Below the pieces are notes generated by a model, which saw only the letters and a list, made by a program, of their open reading frames with translations, had not been told where the DNA came from and did not search any database. Below, piece after piece: positions 9,051-17,335 of a stretch of DNA of 47,374 nucleotides (position 1 is the first letter of the stretch; every line of letters starts with the position of its first letter). Position numbers and translations under genes: made by a program. The DNA lies in assembly GCA_001804315.1 (NCBI GenBank), contig MHFT01000044.1:15576-62949 (forward strand), given 5' to 3'. This DNA is from Omnitrophica bacterium RIFCSPLOWO2_12_FULL_50_11 (GTDB lineage Bacteria; Omnitrophota; Omnitrophia; Omnitrophales; Danuiimicrobiaceae).

Positions 9051-9255
9051 TCATCAGCCGTCAGCTTTCGGTCATCAGCCGTGAAACCTGGGACAGAAAT
9101 GCAAGGCATAATGGGCCGAGCAAAATGCATGACCCTATTTCACTTAAAATGAGCAGCAGGGAAACTGCGGTTACCTTTACGGTTTATGCCTTCTATCGCC
9201 TTCAACGTTTTCAGCTGATAGCTGACGACTGATAGCTGAAAGCTGAGAGCTGATA
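9051..9255. repeat. gene-less element with inverted heptamer arrays (TCAGCYK-like x4 ... GCTGANA-like x6) and an inner 9-bp inverted repeat
   Basis: tcagccg tcagctt tcggtca tcagccg (9054-9081); gctgata gctgacg actgata gctgaaa gctgaga gctgata (9214-9255); aaggcataa (9103-9111) / ttatgcctt (9184-9192). Confidence 0.85.
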
Positions 9256-9258
9256 TTC

Positions 9259-10128
9259 ATGCGGGCAGCGGGTGATCCTGAATTAAAGGTGTACGGCATC
9301 TTTGGCTGGCCGCTGGGCCATACCGTTTCCCCTGTATTCCAGAATCGTGCGTTTGATTATTATCACTTGAAATCGATTTACTTTGCTTTTGAGCGCCCAC
9401 CTTCGCGATTTCGGTTCTTGATGCGGCACCTTAAGTCCTTTATGCTCGATGGTTTTAATGTCACCGTCCCGTATAAGGAGACCGTCATTGCCTATTTGGA
9501 TCGGCTGAGCCCTGAGGCGCGCATCATTGGTTCAGTAAACACCGTCAAGAAAGAAGGGAACCGGTGGGCCGGTTACAACACGGATCTCCACGGATTCTTA
9601 GCGGGACTTCGTGAGGCGAAATTCAGAGCCAGTGGGAAATCCGGCATGGTTTTAGGGGCAGGGGGATCCGCACGGACCGTCGTCTACGCACTGGCGAAGA
9701 GCGGTGCGCGAGACATTGTGATCGCCAATCGAACGTTGTCAAGAGCGCGGCGTCTCGTTAATAGGTTTCAGAGGCAGTTCCCAAAAACCGCGTTGCGTGC
9801 AACCTTTCTTAGAGGGAAAGAATTTGAGCGCGCGATTTCCGAAGTGGATATTTTGGTTAATGCAACGAAAGTCGGTTTGAAACCGAGCGATGGATCGCTC
9901 CTTCAGAAGAAATTATTTCCCAAAAAGAAAATTCTTGTTTACGATCTTATTTATCGGCCGCGACGAACAAAGTTACTTCAGTTAGCGAAGCAGTGCGGAT
10001 ACAAGATTCAGAATGGCGAGACGATGCTCCTCCATCAAGGGGCAAAGGCATTCGAAATGTGGACCGGCAAGCGGGCACCGCTTCGTGAGATGAAAGAAGC
10101 GCTTCATGTGGCTCTCAAATCTCAATAA
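9259..10128 (+). CDS. aroE: shikimate dehydrogenase
   Basis: GHTVSP, GFNVTVPYK, GSVNT, NTD, GAGGSAR, DLIYRP. Confidence 0.95.
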   Translation: MRAAGDPELKVYGIFGWPLGHTVSPVFQNRAFDYYHLKSIYFAFERPPSRFRFLMRHLKSFMLDGFNVTVPYKETVIAYLDRLSPEARIIGSVNTVKKEGNRWAGYNTDLHGFLAGLREAKFRASGKSGMVLGAGGSARTVVYALAKSGARDIVIANRTLSRARRLVNRFQRQFPKTALRATFLRGKEFERAISEVDILVNATKVGLKPSDGSLLQKKLFPKKKILVYDLIYRPRRTKLLQLAKQCGYKIQNGETMLLHQGAKAFEMWTGKRAPLREMKEALHVALKSQ

Positions 10129-10900
10129 TGTTTTTGTATTCCTCTTGGGAGCTGTCGTTGGAAGCTTTTTGAACGTTTGTATTCACCGTTTACCACGTGA
10201 GGAATCAATCGTCTGGCCCTCCTCACGCTGTCCGTTGTGTCACAAACCGATTCGGTGGTATGACAATATCCCGATCGCGAGTATGATTTTGTTAAAAGGC
10301 CGGTGTCGCTACTGTTACGGACGGATTTCTTCGCGTTATCTGGTGGTCGAGTTGTTAACAGCAGTGTCGTTTTTGTGGATTTGGTTAACTTTTGGTCTCG
10401 CGATTCAAACGCTGGTTGTAGCACTTCTCTTTTCACTTTTGTTCATTGCCACGGTCGTCGACTTAGAACATCAAATTATCCCAGACGAAGTAAGTTTAGG
10501 GGGTCTTGGGGCAGGAATCGTGCTGAGCACCGTGGTTCCTTCGTTACATGGTGAGACGATCTGGTTCAAAGGGTCGATTGCGTCGCTCCTTGGTGCTCTA
10601 GTAGGCGGCGCAGTGATTTATGCCACGGGCGTGGTGGGCAAGCTCGTCTTTCGAAAAGAAGCGATGGGGGGCGGTGATGTCAAACTCCTCGCCATGCTGG
10701 GCGCGTTTTTAGGCTGGAAGAAGGTGGTCTTCGTTTATGTTCTAGCGCCCTTTTTTGCGCTTCCTGTGGGTCTCTTTGTGAAATTTGTGAAACGAACCGA
10801 AATCATACCGTTCGGGCCGTTTCTTTCGCTCGCTGGCTGGATTGCTTTTCTATGGGCGGAGCCGATTCTGGCTTGGTATTGGGGCGGGTGGTTCATCTGA
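10106..10900 (+). CDS. pilD: type 4 prepilin peptidase (A24)
   Basis: GSFLNVCIHRLP, two CxxC pairs, MGGGDVKL, PFGPFL. Confidence 0.93.
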   Translation: MWLSNLNNVFVFLLGAVVGSFLNVCIHRLPREESIVWPSSRCPLCHKPIRWYDNIPIASMILLKGRCRYCYGRISSRYLVVELLTAVSFLWIWLTFGLAIQTLVVALLFSLLFIATVVDLEHQIIPDEVSLGGLGAGIVLSTVVPSLHGETIWFKGSIASLLGALVGGAVIYATGVVGKLVFRKEAMGGGDVKLLAMLGAFLGWKKVVFVYVLAPFFALPVGLFVKFVKRTEIIPFGPFLSLAGWIAFLWAEPILAWYWGGWFI

Positions 10901-10921
10901 AACCGCCCGAAGGAGAATCTG

Positions 10922-12040
10922 ATGCTTCAATTCATTACGTGCGGTGAATCGCACGGAAAATACTTATCCGCAATTTTAGAAGGAGTCCCAAGCGGTTTGA
11001 AGGTGGACCTCGAGTTCGTTCAACAGGAGCTCGTGCGGCGGCAGCAAGGTTACGGCCGGGGCGGTCGGCAGAAAATCGAAAAGGATCGCGTCGAACTAAC
11101 CGGCGGCGTTTATCGCGGAATGACCACAGGAGCTCCGATTGGATTTTTACTTCAAAATAAGGATGTCACGATTAATACCTTGCCGCAGCTCGACCGACCG
11201 AGGCCCGGCCACGCTGATTTGGCGGGTGCTTTGAAGTATCGCCAGGGAATCCGGGAGGTGTTGGAGCGCGCAAGTGCGCGCGAGACGACCATGAGAGTTG
11301 CGATCGGTGCCGTTTGTAAATTGTTGCTGTGTGAATTTGGGGTTCACGTGATTGGACATGTGATTCAAATTGGGAAGGCTCGGCTTGAAGAGGAAGTTTC
11401 ATTTGAAGATATTGAAAAACGGCGTGAAGGTTCCCCCGTCAATTGCGTGTCTCGTGAGATCGAAAAGCAGATGGTGGAGGAAATCAATCAAGCCATGAAA
11501 AACCGCGACACGGTAGGAGGGAAATTCGAGATCCGCGTGCATGGCGTACCGATCGGTTTAGGTTCGCATGTTCATTACAAGCGAAAGCTGACGGGACGTA
11601 TTGCGCAAGGTTTAATGAGCATGCAGTCGATCAAGGCAGTTGAATTTGGCCTCGGCGTTTTGGAAGCGCAAACACCCGGTTCCAAGGCTCATGATGAAAT
11701 CTTTTATGATCCAAAAAAAGGATACTATCATAAAACCAACCGTGCGGGCGGTTTCACAGGAGGAATGACAAACGGTGCCGACATTTTGGTGCGGGCAACC
11801 ATGAAACCTATTTCGACGCTCCGCCGTGAGCTGCAGTCGGTCAATATGAAAACGAAGGAGAAAGAAAAAGCGGACTTCGAACGGTCTGACATTTGTGCGG
11901 TGCCGGCCGGAAGTGTCATTGGCGAGGCGGTCGTTGCGTTTGAGGTGGCAGATGCATTTTTAGAAAAATTTGGCGGCGACTCAACGGTCGAGCTCAAACG
12001 CAACTATGACGGGTACCTGAAGCAATTGAAGGAAATGTGA
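10922..12040 (+). CDS. aroC: chorismate synthase
   Basis: TCGESHG, RPGHAD, ERASARET, KPISTL, ERSD. Confidence 0.97.
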   Translation: MLQFITCGESHGKYLSAILEGVPSGLKVDLEFVQQELVRRQQGYGRGGRQKIEKDRVELTGGVYRGMTTGAPIGFLLQNKDVTINTLPQLDRPRPGHADLAGALKYRQGIREVLERASARETTMRVAIGAVCKLLLCEFGVHVIGHVIQIGKARLEEEVSFEDIEKRREGSPVNCVSREIEKQMVEEINQAMKNRDTVGGKFEIRVHGVPIGLGSHVHYKRKLTGRIAQGLMSMQSIKAVEFGLGVLEAQTPGSKAHDEIFYDPKKGYYHKTNRAGGFTGGMTNGADILVRATMKPISTLRRELQSVNMKTKEKEKADFERSDICAVPAGSVIGEAVVAFEVADAFLEKFGGDSTVELKRNYDGYLKQLKEM

Positions 12041-12549
12041 ATAATATTTATCTCGTTGGCATGATGGGATCGGGCAAGTCGTCCAGCGGGCGGGAATTGG
12101 CACGGCTGCTCTCATTTTCCTTTGTCGACCTCGACGAACGGGTCGAGGAGCGTCTTGGGATGTCCATCAACGAAATTTTCAAAACGTACGGAGAGCCTTA
12201 TTTCCGAAAGGTGGAAAGCGAGGTCCTGAGCGAAGTCGCACGCGACTCGGATCAGGTTGTAGCTTCCGGTGGTGGTATTGTATTGAACCCTTGTAATAAC
12301 GAGACGATGCGGAAAACAGGGCGCGCGATTTATTTGAAGACCATGCTTGACGCGTTGTGGGAGCGTGTGAAACATAAGCGGGACAGGCCGCTCCTTCAAA
12401 CGCCGAATCCTAAACAGGTGCTCGCGGATCTTCTGCGCATACGCGGCCCACTTTACGAAGAAACTTCTAGCGGTCAGTTTGTGACGAATGGAAAGTCACC
12501 AGAAGCCGTGGCGCTCGAGATCTACCGAACGTGTTTTAAACAATCATGA
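12037..12549 (+). CDS. aroK: shikimate kinase
   Basis: GMMGSGKS, DLD, GEPYFR, GGG, RPLL. Confidence 0.96.
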   Translation: MNNIYLVGMMGSGKSSSGRELARLLSFSFVDLDERVEERLGMSINEIFKTYGEPYFRKVESEVLSEVARDSDQVVASGGGIVLNPCNNETMRKTGRAIYLKTMLDALWERVKHKRDRPLLQTPNPKQVLADLLRIRGPLYEETSSGQFVTNGKSPEAVALEIYRTCFKQS

Positions 12550-13682
12550 AGCGAATTTACTTACGGTCGTCACAAGGTTGTTATCCTATTCTGATCGGAC
12601 GAAATTTACTCCGCTGCGTTGGCTCTTTGATGAGAAAGGTCGAAGGAGCGCACGGCCGCGCGCCCCAACGGACGAAGGTTTTCATCGTCTCCAATAGGAC
12701 CGTGGCACGATATTATCTTGCGCCAGTCCAACATTCCTTGGAACGCAGTGGTTTTCGTATTTCGCGGTTTCTCTTGCCTTATGGCAGCGAGCGGGATAAG
12801 TCTGAAGGCGTTCTTCGCGGCCTTTGGAGCGAAATGGCTCGAGTTCCGCTTGAGAGGACCAGCACCGTGGTTGCTTTAGGAGGCGGAGTGGTTGGCGATG
12901 TATCAGGCTTAGCAGCCTCGACGTATATGCGCGGCATTTCACTCGTTCATGTGCCGACAACCTTGTTGGCCCAAGTCGACAGCGCGATTGGCGGGAAAAC
13001 CGCAATTAATTTGGCGTTTGCCAAAAACATTATTGGAACGTTTTATCAGCCCAAGATGGTGATCTCAGATGTGGATACTTTGAAAACCATGAGTTTGAGG
13101 GAATGGCGAAATTCGTTCGCAGAGGTGATTAAATATGGTGTGATTGGCGATCCCAAGCTTTTCAGATTGCTTGAGCTACGCGTGGAGTGGTTTTTTTCGT
13201 CGCTTCGGAAGAAGGCCTTTGGATCACGAGTGCTTTCTTTTCTGGAGACCGTCATCTGGCGGTGCGCTCGTGTGAAGGCGACAGTTGTCGAAGGCGATGA
13301 GTATGAAACGAAAGGAATGCGCATGATATTAAACTACGGTCACACCTTTGCTCATGCGCTTGAAGCAGATTCTGGTTATCGTTTGCCTCACGGTGAGGCT
13401 GTGGCAATGGGTATGGTACTTGCGGCGAAAATGGCGTGTCAGAATGGGAGTCTTACAAGCTCTGCGGGCGAGAGGCAGCGACGCTTGCTCGAGAAGATGG
13501 GGCTGCCAGTTCGTCCGAAAAGCGACCGGCTTTCTGTCAGCCGGCTTCTCGCGTTTATGAAGCGTGATAAGAAGGCACGTGGGGGAAAATTAACGTTCAT
13601 CTTACCAAGATCGATCGGCCGTGTCGAAGTACGGCGCGGCATTTCTAGAGAAAGGGTACGTAACATTTTACGCGCATTGTAG
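12546..13682 (+). CDS. aroB: 3-dehydroquinate synthase
   Basis: GGGVVGD, PTTLLAQVDSAIGGKT, LNYGHT, HGEAVA. Confidence 0.96.
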   Translation: MKRIYLRSSQGCYPILIGRNLLRCVGSLMRKVEGAHGRAPQRTKVFIVSNRTVARYYLAPVQHSLERSGFRISRFLLPYGSERDKSEGVLRGLWSEMARVPLERTSTVVALGGGVVGDVSGLAASTYMRGISLVHVPTTLLAQVDSAIGGKTAINLAFAKNIIGTFYQPKMVISDVDTLKTMSLREWRNSFAEVIKYGVIGDPKLFRLLELRVEWFFSSLRKKAFGSRVLSFLETVIWRCARVKATVVEGDEYETKGMRMILNYGHTFAHALEADSGYRLPHGEAVAMGMVLAAKMACQNGSLTSSAGERQRRLLEKMGLPVRPKSDRLSVSRLLAFMKRDKKARGGKLTFILPRSIGRVEVRRGISRERVRNILRAL

Positions 13683-13694
13683 GAGTATATTGTC

Positions 13695-13802
13695 ATGTCT
13701 GCGAAAATTAAGTTGGCGATTGGGGTTGTTGCAGGTCTTTGGATTGCGTATTTCCTCAGGGTTGTCAGCTCCCAGTATCTTTGGATTTTGTTTTACCAGT
13801 AA
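13695..13802 (+). CDS. putative small membrane protein (35 aa), not in the ORF track
   Basis: AGGAG at 13681-13685 overlapping the aroB stop; MSAKIKLAIGVVAGLWIAYFLRVVSSQYLWILFYQ*. Confidence 0.5.
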   Translation: MSAKIKLAIGVVAGLWIAYFLRVVSSQYLWILFYQ

Positions 13803-13820
13803 TCTGGCATCAAGTCAGAT

Positions 13821-14774
13821 CTACCTCGGAATACGGTGTACTGAATCTATAAGCAATTCGTTGAAGATGTGCAAGCGTTCTTGCCAGGTTTTTTCTTCAA
13901 TCGACTTACCGTAAGCGTCGACAGCGTTTAGACGATCGAGCAAACCGATTCTATTTGCAAGTTGAATCGCAAGACCTGGACGGCCGTTCACTTCGAGAAT
14001 CATCGGGCCTCGCAACTTATCGACGACGAAGTCAACGCCGGCATAACCCAGTTGAAATACCGAGTACGTTTTCACAGCTATTTCTACGATGTTTTTCCAA
14101 AACGGTATGCGAATGCCCTTCACCGGCTTTCTCGTATCGGGGTGGATATCCGTGTAGCGTGAGTGATGGACGCCGTGTAAGCTTACGCCCTCGGCCATGT
14201 CGATTCCGACACCGATCGCGCCTTGATGAAGATTTGCTCTGCCATCCGATTCCTTCGTCGGCAGACGAAGCATTCCGGCAACAGGAACGCCACGATAGAC
14301 GAGGATCCGGATGTCAGGAGTACCCTGATAAGTGACCTCTGAAAATACATCATGGCATTCAGTACAATATTCAAAAAAAACTCGGTCGCTCCGTCCGCCC
14401 AGAGAATACAAACCCGCTAAGATGTTGGCAAGGTGCAGCTCCCACTCAAGGCGGGACAACAGCTGGCTATTCTTTTTTCTCCACACGCCATCGGTATGAG
14501 ATTCGATCACTAAAATGCCGCGGCCTTCTCGACCGCGTGCAGGCTTCACCACGAAGCTTTGAGGAAGTTTTGCATCTTGAAAGGACCGAATCTCAAATTG
14601 ATGCTCGATGACGCTGTACGTTTCGGGCACGGGAATCTCTATCTCCTGAAGCATGGCCTTCGCTTTTAATTTGTCGTCTGCGCGAGCCAGGTGCTGGCTG
14701 TCGTTCCAAACAGAGGAATAGGAAGCATTTCGTCTATTGAGTCCAAGCAATCCAGTGGAATTTAACTTTTTCAT
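13821..14774 (-). CDS. alpha-L-glutamate ligase-like ATP-grasp protein (RimK-related)
   Basis: LGLNRRN, DDKL, FVVKPARG..GRGI, PDIRI, ANLHQGA, DFVVD, LEVNGRPGLAIQLAN. Confidence 0.9.
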   Translation of the reverse strand: MKKLNSTGLLGLNRRNASYSSVWNDSQHLARADDKLKAKAMLQEIEIPVPETYSVIEHQFEIRSFQDAKLPQSFVVKPARGREGRGILVIESHTDGVWRKKNSQLLSRLEWELHLANILAGLYSLGGRSDRVFFEYCTECHDVFSEVTYQGTPDIRILVYRGVPVAGMLRLPTKESDGRANLHQGAIGVGIDMAEGVSLHGVHHSRYTDIHPDTRKPVKGIRIPFWKNIVEIAVKTYSVFQLGYAGVDFVVDKLRGPMILEVNGRPGLAIQLANRIGLLDRLNAVDAYGKSIEEKTWQERLHIFNELLIDSVHRIPR

Positions 14775-14797
14775 TTAGTGATGATTGACGTCGTATC

Positions 14798-15574
14798 TTA
14801 TTTTTTCATGAGATCTCGAAACCGGTAATATTCTGTCCATCGAAGGCCGGTGTACCGGCCGAGGAGCAGCAAAAGGCCTGTGATGATGAGAATTGTTTCC
14901 GGATAGAGAAGCAAAAAATGTGAGATCAGATGGAATCTGATGATCCCGTAGATCACGATGGCTACAAACAAGGTGCCAGCAGCCGTTTTAAGGGCCTCAC
15001 GGGTGCCGCTTTCGAGCTGCAATATTGCAAAGCGTTCAATCATCCATGTGATCACGACAATCGATAAAGGAGAAAAGTAATCAAGCGGAACACTGCCTTG
15101 ATGATGAAGCACGAGAACAATGATGAGCATGGAAGTGGCGGCAACCGTCAGTACGATACTTAATGCGGGGATGAGAAGAATATGAAGACGGCTGAGATGC
15201 GACCGTACGAAGCTACCGACGAGTCCAGATGCGATGAGAAAGATAAGACCGAAAATGAGGGACGTTTCCCTCAAGGCAATTGCTAGGAGTACCGGCGTAG
15301 ACGTACCGAATGTGCTGATGCCGACGACATTGCGGAACATGGTAACGACCAGTAACCCCAGCGGGATCAAAACGACAGACGTGACCTGCCCATGCATTTC
15401 GGGAGGGAAGATCGAGGACAGCCATGGACTCGTGACGGCATACGATTCTGATATTATGAATAAGGAGATGAAATGTCGAAAGAAGCCTATCGCTACGGCA
15501 CCGAAAATGAGGATGGCTGCAATTCGGTACACACGGCGGTCCATTAAGTCAGTGTCTTTTTTAATTTTTGCCAT
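14798..15574 (-). CDS. 7TM domain protein (C-terminal domain of the inactive transglutaminase-7TM family)
   Basis: IPLG..VVT.FRNVVGISTFGT.TPVL, ITWMIER, LLLGRYTGLRWTEYYRF; start uncertain. Confidence 0.8.
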   Translation of the reverse strand: MAKIKKDTDLMDRRVYRIAAILIFGAVAIGFFRHFISLFIISESYAVTSPWLSSIFPPEMHGQVTSVVLIPLGLLVVTMFRNVVGISTFGTSTPVLLAIALRETSLIFGLIFLIASGLVGSFVRSHLSRLHILLIPALSIVLTVAATSMLIIVLVLHHQGSVPLDYFSPLSIVVITWMIERFAILQLESGTREALKTAAGTLFVAIVIYGIIRFHLISHFLLLYPETILIITGLLLLLGRYTGLRWTEYYRFRDLMKK

Positions 15575-15618
15575 TGCGAATCTGATTAGAACTGGTGCAG
15601 TCGGGTGTCTACCACTTG

Positions 15619-15685
15619 ATGCAGTAATCCCCGACGTCATTGCGAGGATGCGTTCCAGGCAGATCCCTCGCAATGACGACTGCAT
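15619..15685. repeat. palindromic element (GTCATTGCGAGG...CCTCGCAATGAC)
   Basis: perfect 13-bp arms at 15635-15647 and 15666-15678, plus outer atgcagt/actgcat. Confidence 0.75.
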
Positions 15686-15899
15686 GGAGTGGTACGCACC
15701 CGTGCAGTCAAAAAAGGTGAACGTTGTCCATGAGTATGCTATCTTATGATGCCGCTGAGTCGATTTGAAGAAAGATGATATCGCGATCGGCAAGGCAACC
15801 GGAAGAGATATTTTCAATGCCTTGTCCCTGTGAGAGGTTTCAAGCAACACTTTTTCCACTACAGGTGAGACCACTGATGTTCACGAGGAGAGAGAAACG

Positions 15900-16496
15900 A
15901 TGAGACATTTTATGGGTCATATTAAGAAATACATTCTGCGCGGGCTCTTTGCCATTATTCCGATAGGTCTTTCGCTGTTTGCGATTAGATTCTTCTATGT
16001 CGCGATTGACCAGAAAATGATGGGGGCCGTCGATGATGTTCTCGGATTTCGTGTCCCTGGTTTTGGTATGCTTCTTTTACTCGTTTTTCTTTACTTACTG
16101 GGAGTCGGAGCAAGCAACGTGATGGGCAAACAGGTGTTTGGCCTCATCGAGCGCATCACCGATCGTATTCCTATTATCAAGACGACCTATCAGGTAGGCA
16201 AGCAAGTCGTATCCGCGTTTTCGCTTCCCGAAAGACAGGTCTTTAAAAAAGTCGTTCTCGTCGACTATCTGAAACCAGGAATTTGGACGATCGGGTTTGT
16301 CACAGGCACGATCATCGATCGTAAAAATAAAGACGACCGGCTACTCAAAGTATTTGTGCCGACACCGCCTAATCCCACATCGGGTACGATGGTCGTTGTC
16401 CGGGAATCACAAACCCGAGATCCAGGATGGACGATTGAAGAAGCGATGCGGTGTGTTATTTCCGGCGGTATCATCGGGCCCGACGAAATAAGGTAA
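15900..16496 (+). CDS. DUF502 family membrane protein
   Basis: RIPIIKTTY, VVLVDY..PG.WTIGFVT, VFVPTPPNPTSG, ISGG. Confidence 0.9.
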   Translation: MRHFMGHIKKYILRGLFAIIPIGLSLFAIRFFYVAIDQKMMGAVDDVLGFRVPGFGMLLLLVFLYLLGVGASNVMGKQVFGLIERITDRIPIIKTTYQVGKQVVSAFSLPERQVFKKVVLVDYLKPGIWTIGFVTGTIIDRKNKDDRLLKVFVPTPPNPTSGTMVVVRESQTRDPGWTIEEAMRCVISGGIIGPDEIR

Positions 16497-16517
16497 GGAA
16501 ACCAGCCCCTTCTCAAC

Positions 16518-17198
16518 ATGCGGATCTGGATCGGTTGGCTTTTTTTGTTCCTCACCCTTTTACTCCTCGCGTTTGGATCGTTCTCGCTGTACAGGGGCGT
16601 TGAAGAAAATCGGATCTTAACCGCGGTGATCGAACGCCTGTCGGCCGATGCTCGTGTGGCCGAAGTTGTCGTCACTGAGAGTTCCTATGATGAGAAGGAA
16701 GAGAATGTCGAAACCACGATTAAGTTTCTCGAATTTGACGCACTCGGAAAACCCCTTACCCCCAAATACTTCACCTTTAAGGGCAATACCATTCAATTTC
16801 AGGCGCTTGTGATTCGGTTTGAGGATGAGCTCGTTAAAAACGGTGACAAACTCCGAGGCAGAAGCGCATATCTCTTTCTCCGCGCGTTTGCGCTCAATCA
16901 TGAAGAAGGTGCCCAGATCTTTGACATTACGAAGGTTAAAGAGGTGCCCGACGGCTATCGGTTAGCAGGAACATCAACAGATTTCGAACGCAAACTGTGG
17001 GAAAAATTTTGGTCTTATGTACAGGATGCTAATGCGAGAACAAGCTCACAGGTGAAGAATGCACAGATCGAGGCGCCTGGTTCCATCTTCGTGCCCGGCT
17101 TGATTTACAAGATTCGTATTGAACATGACGGTGGACTTAGGGTTGACTCAGAACCGATGCCGGAAATCTTGAAAGTGGAATTTTATGGCAAAGATTAG
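16518..17198 (+). CDS. hypothetical membrane-anchored protein
   Basis: 226-aa ORF with an N-terminal hydrophobic helix, directly after the DUF502 gene. Confidence 0.75.
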   Translation: MRIWIGWLFLFLTLLLLAFGSFSLYRGVEENRILTAVIERLSADARVAEVVVTESSYDEKEENVETTIKFLEFDALGKPLTPKYFTFKGNTIQFQALVIRFEDELVKNGDKLRGRSAYLFLRAFALNHEEGAQIFDITKVKEVPDGYRLAGTSTDFERKLWEKFWSYVQDANARTSSQVKNAQIEAPGSIFVPGLIYKIRIEHDGGLRVDSEPMPEILKVEFYGKD

Positions 17199-17268
17199 CG
17201 AGCATTTTTATAAAAATTTTGTGGCAAATGGCGTATAATGTGAAAGAAAAGTTGGTAATTTGTAGCGC

Positions 17269-17328
17269 TAATCCACCACCACTTTAAGGCTCGTCCACTG
17301 CGACATTCCTTAAAGTGGTGGGGGATTA
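17269..17328. repeat. palindromic repeat family C, copy 1 (CCCCACCAC...GTGGTGGGG)
   Basis: 21-bp arms with one mismatch, in the glgB leader; TATAAT at 17234-17239. Confidence 0.8.
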
Positions 17329-17335
17329 AGACCAG

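Noticed and set aside
15575-15874. 100-aa N-terminal extension of the 7TM ORF
   Set aside because: It runs through a palindromic element and the divergent intergenic region and has no recognisable domain.
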